From: Eledone cirrhosa
Lineage: Eukaryota
Direction: 5' to 3'
Length of the DNA stretch: 64,000 bases
Assembly: GCA_964016885.1 (NCBI GenBank)
Contig: OZ024745.1
Location: 38,626,001 to 38,690,000, forward strand
Of this stretch, positions 54,511-64,000 are shown one piece after another. The first letter of the stretch is position 1. Each line of letters begins with the position of its first letter. The notes under the pieces are model-generated. The model worked only from the letters and a program-made list of their open reading frames with translations, ran no database searches and was not told the origin of the DNA. Both the position numbers and the translations under genes were made by a program.

Positions 54511-56244
54511 CAAATATATATTTTTATCGCTATTCAGGTTATGTTTCTTTGCAGTATTAAACATACTTACAAACATATAAGCTTACAAAAAGACAGGTAT
54601 ATACACAAATACATGCTATAACGAAGTCTATGTGATTCACTCATCATATCTCCAATCACGCCAGCCAAATAACAAGTTGATCAATCTTGAAAATATCCCA
54701 ATATGCCCAGACGTTTTCTCGCACCAGCTAATACTCATTCTGACCATTAGTCATGACTATTTTGCAGTCTACTGGGCCGTTCACAATATATGGGCACGAA
54801 CGACTGTGTTTTCTCTTTGGCAATAAATACTTTAAATGTATTGCCTTTTGCCTCCAACTCTCAAAGTTGATGGAAGTCAATTTTTTCAACTTGCATCTCT
54901 CTCATCCTACCTCTGTTGCAACCGATCTTAAACTAGTCGAGGACTTCCCTTATTATACTCACAGTGCATTCTGTTTTGATGTAGGGCGAAAGAAATTTTG
55001 GTTTCGGGTATTCAATGAATAGCATGCAATGACTTTGTACAATTCCCTTCTTCAAAAATCAAATGTAAAGTAAATCGTGGGTTTGTCATAGTAAGCAAGA
55101 AATAGTGGAACATATGTTTTTTAAGTTGTCATAGTAAAGAACAAATACATAGATAATAGAGAAAAAATGCATAGTTGAATAACTGAATAATGGCTGTTGG
55201 GGAAAAAAATACGACAATCGCTGATACACACTGCAAAAGAAATAGAACATTAGAAAGATATGGTGTATAACAGAAATATGCTTCATCGTAAGAACAAATC
55301 GAGTAAAAGAGCCGCCCACCCAAAAAAATAAAGAAGAAAAATTGACACTTTTATTATTTGCCTGATTTATTATTTGACTTATTGATATGTTTTATATTTA
55401 CATCCTTTAGATCGCATTCCCATCTAAATATATATTTATGATCGTATATTTTGTGAGAAAATAATAGTTTTAAAATAATAGTTTGAAACATTCTGATTTC
55501 ACTCATAAAAGATTGGAGGCAAAAAGGAATGTCATCAGGCATACAATACCATCATTGACACCAACCTCATTACCACCTTCATTATCATCACCACCACAGA
55601 CCACACACACCAAGATAATGCGAAATACTACACACGCGATATTCTCTAGATCATCAGCAAAAAGAAAACCAAAAAATAAAGAAGCCCAACAAAATAAGGT
55701 TTTGTTACATTTGCCAAAACATATCCAATGTAATCTTCGTTAATATAATATTATTGCTGATTCTTTCACCACACTACACATTTGATCAAGCGACTATATT
55801 GAACAAGTGATTCTAATCTCCCTCATTAAGAAATATATTGATTTCTCGTTTTCTTAGAAACCCTGCATGTTGTGAATGGGAGGACGTAATGAGATTTTGG
55901 AACCTTCTTAATGCTTTCATTCGCAAATGGGAATCAGCCGCATTAAGTTTGGTTTTAAAAATTGTACGTATAAAGAAATATATTTAATCAAACAATAATT
56001 GTGTGGTAGAGATTGTAGAGAACAGGACGACGTGAGATGCATTCTCTGCGTTCAGAGTTCAATTAACAAAAATAATTAGAACGGACGCTTATAGACATTT
56101 GGTGTCGATAGATCATGCATCAGTCATGAATTTGTTTCGATTCTATCGAGTATACACTTTTGTTTTAAATGTTTTACCTTTTAAACATTAATTTTTATTT
56201 ACACGCAATAAACGATTAGATCGCTCACAGTACTCAGAAAATAT

Positions 56245-56312
56245 TTTGTCGAACCCGGATGAATGAAGGGAACATTTGACATTAGCGGGATATGAACTCA
56301 GATCGTGGATGT
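56245..56312 (-). mobile_element. Highly degraded SINE fragment
   Basis: TCGAACCCGGATGAATGAAGGG..TTGAC..GCGGGATATGAACTCAGA resembles the minus-strand SINE body at 27630-27690. Confidence 0.45.
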
Positions 56313-58959
56313 ATGCAGTTAATCAAAATGATTCATTTTTGGAGTGACACCTATACTGCTACACATAATATTTATTTTTTAAAATAGGTCTAAATTTTGG
56401 AAAAAAATGTTACAATGAATCAATATGATGTATTGAACTGATACTTCGTTTAACAACACCGAAATATTCTTTCATCGATCTAACAGAATAATTATAAACA
56501 GAAAGTTTGAAGGTTGTCCGAATCTACATACTAGACTAGACATTATATTTCAGCTTTATCACACAGATGAGATGGGGTAAGCATTGCCGCAGAGATTGGA
56601 TGAACTCCTCCCAATTTTGCGGGGGATAAAGGTCAGTCCGGCAGCCCAAGAAACCAGAGGTCTCGACTGTGACCGCAACAAAGTAAAATAGTTGATGATG
56701 TCAGGGCATTTGAATATCTTCCAACGAATGTGAAATCCTAGATTAGATAGTTACCCCACTCTAAGAAAAAGGAGTTTATCATCTTGATGCTTACCATTAT
56801 GCAGGGCATGGTGCCGATTCAACTGACTTGCGATTAGAAAACGAATGTAGTCCTAAATCATCGACCATGATTTATTACTACATTTGTGTGGCGCGCACAC
56901 ACGAATGACAAGGCGTATGTTGACTCCGATCTGCGAGTCATCATCATCAAGAATGTTATTGCTCGATGGTGTTGGAACACAATTATGTGTTACCCGTCGC
57001 TGTTTGGCTGCGAGGAAGCCGGATAGCAGTTGACACAGTGTTGGTCCAAATAAGACTCGATCAATAAGCGAAATATACTGAATTTGAAATAGTGTAAAAT
57101 ATAGTGAATTTGATATAAACCTAAGGCAATTTTGAAAGATTCTAAGCATGTACGTAAACACACACGTCGTTTTCTTCGATTATTTCTGGCCGTATACTTT
57201 CACTTGTATAGGTTAGTTATCACATTAGTGCCTTTAATCGGAAACCGAATCTATTTCACTATTATTTATTGTTAATGTGTTCGACACTCTAAAGAATCAT
57301 TAGATATCATTGTTTAGTATCAAGAGACCAGTCTAGTTTAGAGCGGAAAATAATAAAAAAAGCTTTCTAGCTATGTCTATCCTACATATATCCAGGATTA
57401 ATTTCCAACGCATGATTTGTTTTTTAAAAGTGTATCTTTGAATTTATTTAATGTGACTGGTCGTTTTCATTGATCAAGAGACCGCATAACATTTTCTTTG
57501 TTGTAACGTAGAGAAACAGGTTGTCAAATGTTGCGCTATTGATTGATATCCACCAAACGATTTCAATTTCTTGAAATAGTGTGAAGTATATTCTGCAATA
57601 AACTGAAATAGTTTCGTGGTCTTAAATATTCCAGGGCTAATATCAAACCGTAAGTCGATGACTACTGTACATCGGCATTCACAACCCCGAAAATATATTA
57701 CACACTTGTCCCGTTTCTTGCAGCACTATCGTTTCCCGGCCTTAAAGCCACGATTTTACAGGGGGTAATAAATTCAACTCAATCCAGTATATTTAAAGTA
57801 ATTCATCGATAATATAGGGAGGTAATCCACAGGATTTTGATTGAATCTGAAAAAGTGAAGCTTATGTCTAAATGCCATAATGGTATTCGCTCACGCTGAA
57901 CCGATACTGATAGCAACTGAGACCTACCTCACCTGATAGCAGAACCACAAATCTGCGCTCTAGTGAAGGGAAGGTGGTAAATTATATTGTAACTATTATG
58001 CTTTTATCATAAGTATTACAGACATATGTGATGTTTAATTTGTTCAAGTCTTCATTTAAGACCGCTTACCGCTGGCTATGTAAGTCTTCTTTGTAATCCT
58101 AACTGTTTAAGATAACATTCAGTCTTTGTCATGGCTTACTCTACGAACTTTGCTAGCAGACATTGTATTAAGAATTCACGTGACCCGAACGTTACATTTC
58201 GAGTAAATTATAACTTATTGAGTTGAAACAGATTAAGAAAATGGATTTACGTGCATGCAAACAATCGTTAAGAAACGTTTTAACATGATGAAACTTATCC
58301 ATTCGTGCTGTTTCAAGCTCAGGCAATATAGCCATTAGTCAATAGCCACTGTAGATTATATCTAGTGGTGACGAACGCGCACTACAGATTTCTTAATGCC
58401 GCACTCCTTATAAGAGGTTTCAATTCTTATGTAAATCCGTTCCACACTACATGGCTCAATATGAAGTAGCTCATAATTGTTACATCGATTTGCAAGAAAT
58501 CTCTTAAAACGGCCATCAAATGAAATCTTTCACTACTAAAAAAATTAATGGCAAATCTCTGAGTGAAATAGTAGGTATAAAAGTGGACGGAAAATTAATT
58601 TTATAAAAATGCATTTGTTTAGAGGCATCCTGTCTCAAATCTACAAGAATACCACCACAACGTTTGACACTAATTGAGAAAACGACCTGCCATTATAATT
58701 GTAAATCGTTTGACACAAAAGAATTGATTCCTTTAATATGTATGACTCAGTTTAGGAACTTTGCTTCACAACTAATTGGTTTGGGGTCGAAAGAGCTACG
58801 GGATTCATTCATTAATTGTATTCTAACAGTTTGGTCCATGTGATAAGATTACGGTCGAGAGATGTTTGCGGGAACTAAAATTATGTGTGAATAAATGTGT
58901 ATATTTTTAAGTGAAACAGATCTTTAAGAGAATCATATCAACATCAAAACAGTGGCCAT

Positions 58960-59965
58960 CCTGAGATGTGCACTCATTTATCGGTATGGGAACATCAGCC
59001 GTTATGTCAATTAGCGGGTAGCGACGGTTTTACCGATTAATCGGTTTAAATAATCGACTGTTATTGATTTAATCATTCATAGACACATATGTTGGAGCAT
59101 ATGTTAACAGAGCATAGGTTAACAGAAAATCTTTGAAAACATTCGATTCAACATGTAGAAAGGAATAAGTAACATTTCCTTTCATATAATTTAATTCTAA
59201 AATTGTTTGAACACGCTGATGTACACAAATAGAAATTGCTTGTGATTGCACAGAGTGCATACCCCCTCGAAGGTTAAAGTTTGTCAAATCAGAGACTAGA
59301 CCCTGCTTACTACATGAGTGTATATGATTGCAATTGATTTTTCAATTGCAAATATATTGATCACATGTTTATTTGTTCAAAAGAATAACCTTATTAAAAA
59401 ATGAATAATCAAATTTAAGATCTCCTAATTCATAAAACAATATCAACATCGTGTCTTCCTTTTCAGAGCATAATTCATTTCTTGCATTCTTACAATAAGT
59501 CGCCACCAGTGCTCTACATTGTTTTACTTTATTCAATAAAGCAGGCGTACTAAAACACTTCAAAGTAACATCGCTCAAAGAAGAAGAAAAGAAAACATTT
59601 TCACAGCAAACATTCTTTCATTATTTGGTAGCAGGAATAAATTTACATATTTGCCATTTCTTTCTTGCAAAGGACAGTTCGAATGTTGGCTTCAATTTTG
59701 AATCTTCGTGTTTCAGTCTGCCAGCAGCTAAGGCATCAAATAATCATTTGAACAATACGCGATTTCGGAAGTACAACCATTCAACAGTTTCGTTATGAAT
59801 GATTAAGTATGGGACATTATAGTATACAACTAATTAACATGAGCATTTTTCATATCACAATACATAATTATATTGTAGATAATCAGTAGCCGATTAAGCG
59901 GTGTCTGCCGAAAAGCAGACATCGGTAATCGCAAATCGGCAAATTTGCTTATCGTTGCAGCCCTG
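58960..59965 (-). mobile_element. Old hAT-like DNA transposon remnant
   Basis: Right end reads CAGGGCTGCAACGAT on minus; CCGAT/ATCGG subterminal repeats occur at both ends. Internal SDVTLKCFSTPA...KNARNELCSEKEDTMLILF resembles the hAT C-terminal dimerisation domain. No TSD is visible. Confidence 0.5.
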
Positions 59966-60691
59966 GTCAACAAAAAGCTACCGCTCAAAACGCTTATACA
60001 ATGTGACATGCATTAGGATGAAATGCAAAAATGCATTTCAGCGAATCGAATTTATAAACATATTTTGTGTAATTCTTCACCTCCACTAATAAACTAAATT
60101 TCCTATCTGTATTTAATATAATTACACAACTAATTCATCATTATCTCCATTAATGAAATTATATCACAATCAACCTACACCTTGATATCCAACTCTTACC
60201 ACTCGAGTCGTATTTGCAAGATATATTTAATATTTATATATATCCAACAACTAACGCAACAACACTGCTGCCTGGTTGAGTCGTTTGATAACGAAATGGG
60301 GAGGAACGGTGCAGCCACATATACTCAATAGAAAACAGTACAAAATATATTATTGATATACATATGTTGCTTAATTTACACAGCCTCGCTAAATATTTGG
60401 AACTTATTTTGTATCTTAAAGACTATTATTTTCAACGGATGACTGATATCTTGATTAACTTGTGTAAGGTAAGTAAATTAGTTCAGCATCTAATAAGACA
60501 AAAACAACGTTGTTGACATTAGAAGGAATGGGTTGAAATTTTCTTTAAGTGGCGCAAAATATTTCCCATAAAGCTAATGAAGAAACCAAAAAACGAAAAC
60601 CATTAAAAAAAATAAAAACAATTGAACACATACGCACACGCATTTTATACAAACACCATAATTATAATACGTTTACAGAGATTTCTTCGCA

Positions 60692-60724
<33 letters not shown>

Positions 60725-61152
60725 CTATATAATACCTACACATCATGACTACACAGACATAGATACGGATATGAGACATTTTCAGAGACCCCTCAGAAGA
60801 CGCTACACACTGGCACATATGTATCTCAGAGAAAAGATGAAGGTAATACTATATCAACGATATCAAATGTCATTGAGTTTTCCTTAGTGAAATGTGTTGC
60901 TTTTATTTTTCGAAATAATATCTTTTAATTAATTGAATGCTGTATAAGCGAATTGCTGAATCTGTTCGTAAAATATCGTATTCAGATTAGGATACAAATA
61001 AAAGGTTTCTTTTTTTCGTACAGTATACACTGTATTATTTGTCAACTGAATCTATGGCGATACATACGAGGTATATCTACCGCATACCATTGTTCCCAAG
61101 ATGTGTGTGTATTTATCGGTTAATTCTAAATAAACCGAGTGTGAGCGTGTAT

Positions 61153-61305
<153 letters not shown>

Positions 61306-61429
61306 ATGGAGAAGAAAAACAGAGAGGGAGATTGTATAATTGAAAGCTACTCACGTATTTAGAGAAGTATGTTCACATTTGAAGCTATTATATATTTCTC
61401 GTATTCTTTCAGACACATTCACACTCAGG

Positions 61430-61980
61430 TATTTAACAACAATAATAATAATAGGTTCTACTATATCCCAATAGAAGGGACGACAAGCCGGACAGTCATA
61501 GGAACCCCAGAAATCCAAAACTACCCAACATTCGAAGAGCACTCTAGGAGGGCACTGATCACCTCTTTAAAGTACACAGCTTACAGGTGCATGGTCAGTG
61601 TAGGTGCATTTACACGCGCCATTTTTTCGACATTCACCCACATTTTTACAAATGTGCTGGCGGACAGCACTTCCCTCTACTTCCTCGCTTTCCTTTCGAA
61701 CTAAAACTTGAAAAAAGTTAATGAAAGATTGGCCGAAGAGAAAAGCAGCTGTCTTCAGTCATTTCGGCCTCGTCAACCACTCAACCGCTTTTGCTACAGC
61801 TATCAAGCCAAATAAAATTGCTTGCTCATACCAGCCAAAAGAATGCGGCGGGGCGAACCTCACAATGGAGTTGTTTGATAGCTGGATTCCTCCTACATGA
61901 GATAACAGCTGTTTGACATAACTCCACAGAACAGTCATGCACAGACACTGAACCACTGGACGAGTTTATGCAGAACGGCC
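61430..61980 (-). mobile_element. Degraded 3' fragment of a Tx1-like LINE
   Basis: VQCLCMTVLWSYVKQLLSHVGGIQLSNNSIVRFAPP..QAILFGLIAVAKAVEWLTR aligns with VQCPSIADLWVYVEHLLSGVGRIQLLAESIVMIAPP..QAVFICLVAMAKEIVWWTR. Confidence 0.8.
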
Positions 61981-63105
61981 TTGTTGCTTTGGTCGCATCG
62001 TGGGCTTCTCCGTCTGACTGCAACTCCGCGCCTTTAGTTTTTTTTTCAAACTGGTACTTAGGCGAATACAAACTCGGACACACAAATTAATACAGCTAAA
62101 GGCAATAGGCTACATAAATAATACAAATATCATCAACAATTCTGCACCCCAACTTTATATAAACTAAACAAAATCTATATACATTTGGATCTATAAAAGC
62201 ACATAGGATAATGCATATAACATATAAACTGAAAATATATTGACATGCAAATATATACGCACAGAGACAATATTGAGACTTTGATAATTATAATCATAAT
62301 TCCAAAATTATAATTGTATTATAAAAGTGCGTGTGTACGTATGTGAGTGGGTGTGTTCGTGCGACTGAATGTGTGGGTATACACACATATATACATGTGG
62401 CAATGTGCGTCTGGAGCATACGGGTCAGCGCGTGTCATTCCCTAATTTACGATTGTTTACGTTAATGCGTATGCAGTACCGTAGAATTTCGACAGAAAAA
62501 TACACAAATAAAATGCCAGGCTTCAAATACCGACATAAACAAATCGGTGATTGAGCATGGCAGTACACTGAAACAAAGGAAAGTGTAACATCTCTCTCTA
62601 TATATATATGTGTGTGCGTGTGTGTTTGTGTTTATATAGACACCGAGAAAGAGAGAGAGAGAGATAATGGGAAGATACGGATTGGTAGACTGAGGAAGAA
62701 AGAGAAACAGTGAGCGAACATTTAAACTGGCTGATCAGATATTTGTAAACGAAACTGTAGCTATTACACATAACAGAACAAAATAACATGCAAAGAAAAT
62801 TAAACAGACATGTTATCTATTGTTTGTTTGATGCCATGTCGTCAGTCCTTCAACATAGTGACATGATATGATGTATCATCATTTCAGTTTATCGTGATGT
62901 CACGAAATATCTTCGCGGTTATATGTGTTTTTTAATCTTTTATACTATTCTTGACTTATTCTCCTTTTCACCTAAACATTTGCCTTATCTATTGATCCCA
63001 CTACTTACATATCAGATTTTATAGTTGATGTATTTATCTATTCATCTGTGCGTAGGTGTATGTTTGCATGTCTATATCTCTATATCTCTATATACATACA
63101 CACAC

Positions 63106-63178
<73 letters not shown>

Positions 63179-63231
63179 CGTGTGTGTATGTATACACATG
63201 TGTATATATATATGTGTGTGTGTGTGTATAT

Positions 63232-63282
63232 ATCATCATCATCATCTTCGTTTAACGTCCATTTTCCACGCTAGCATGTGTT
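63232..63282 (-). mobile_element. SINE 3' tail fragment ending in (GAT)n
   Basis: (ATC)n-TTCGTTTAACGTCCATTTTCCACGCTAGCATG is a tail I recognise from an abundant octopus SINE (from memory). Confidence 0.55.
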
Positions 63283-63491
63283 ACACACATATATATATAT
63301 ATAGAGAGAGAGAGATAGATATATGTTTTTGTGTGTGAGTGCGTGTGTGAGTGTGTGTATGAATCTATGTGTGAGCATGTGTGTGTATGCGTGTATGTGT
63401 ATATGCATATATGTATTTATGTGCACATACACAAACTCATATATAAACCCACATAGACCCCAAATCCTCGTGCGCACATACATAGACTCTC

Positions 63492-63529
<38 letters not shown>

Positions 63530-64000
63530 AAGAATCTATAAGAATAAAGCCCTATATAGGTAATCAGATTCTAAATTATGAGATTCATATAAACGAAAGT
63601 AATTGCGGAAACCATAGGTTCCATGGTTTGACAAGATTGTATGACCGCACTGGCTCTTTTTTCTGCCTTTCATCAGGTGTCTATTTATAAAATATCTGAT
63701 CGAGCTTTGCGAAATCATCTTACGTATATTATGTAAAGTCTCACGGGAAAATGGGAGATTACAAGACATTATAATTGGTGATTGATAACACCAGGATGCA
63801 TATTTTCCAGTCTCACTTACTGGAATCGAGCGTATGGAAATGGTATATAAATAGATTGGATGTGCGACGGAAAAAATGGAGATAATATGATGAGTCGGTA
63901 TTGTGTGCGGTAAGCTTGTGTATATGTTCTGTTGTTGAAGAATACCCCAAGGCACCTGTATGTGATACATCGTGAGATACCCGGAACTGAGAAAATTGTA

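Noticed and set aside
58480-58650. Faint Helitron helicase-like peptide (GKSLSEIVGIKVD)
   Set aside because: Too short and degraded to support without a search.
63536-63970. 144-aa ORF at the right edge; another frame weakly resembles a CR1/L2 LINE C-terminus (YYLHFFRRTSNL)
   Set aside because: No recognisable domain in the ORF, and the LINE resemblance is too weak and truncated by the window edge.

Overview
AT-rich, microsatellite-dense eukaryotic DNA, most likely an octopus or other coleoid cephalopod. That assignment is my recognition of the SINE types and repeat landscape, not a database result. No intact host protein-coding gene can be supported; the window is almost entirely retroelements. 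It holds two near-full-length Tx1-like (L1 superfamily) LINEs plus two fragments, two Dong/R4-type LINEs next to (TAA)n plus two fragments, and two Penelope-like element (PLE) bodies (GIY-YIG), one with an inverted terminal duplication. It also holds a 1.9-kb internally deleted LTR element (tRNA-Trp primer site, polypurine tract, 4-bp TSD), clustered tRNA-derived SINEs, a ~61-bp satellite split by a LINE and a hAT remnant. The most interesting signal is RNA-level: about a dozen minimal or degenerate hammerhead ribozyme (HHR) motifs sit in short PLE-type terminal cassettes embedded in (TA)n. At least two, possibly three, long DNA palindromes are centred on the hammerhead stem II loop, as if formed by fold-back at the ribozyme.
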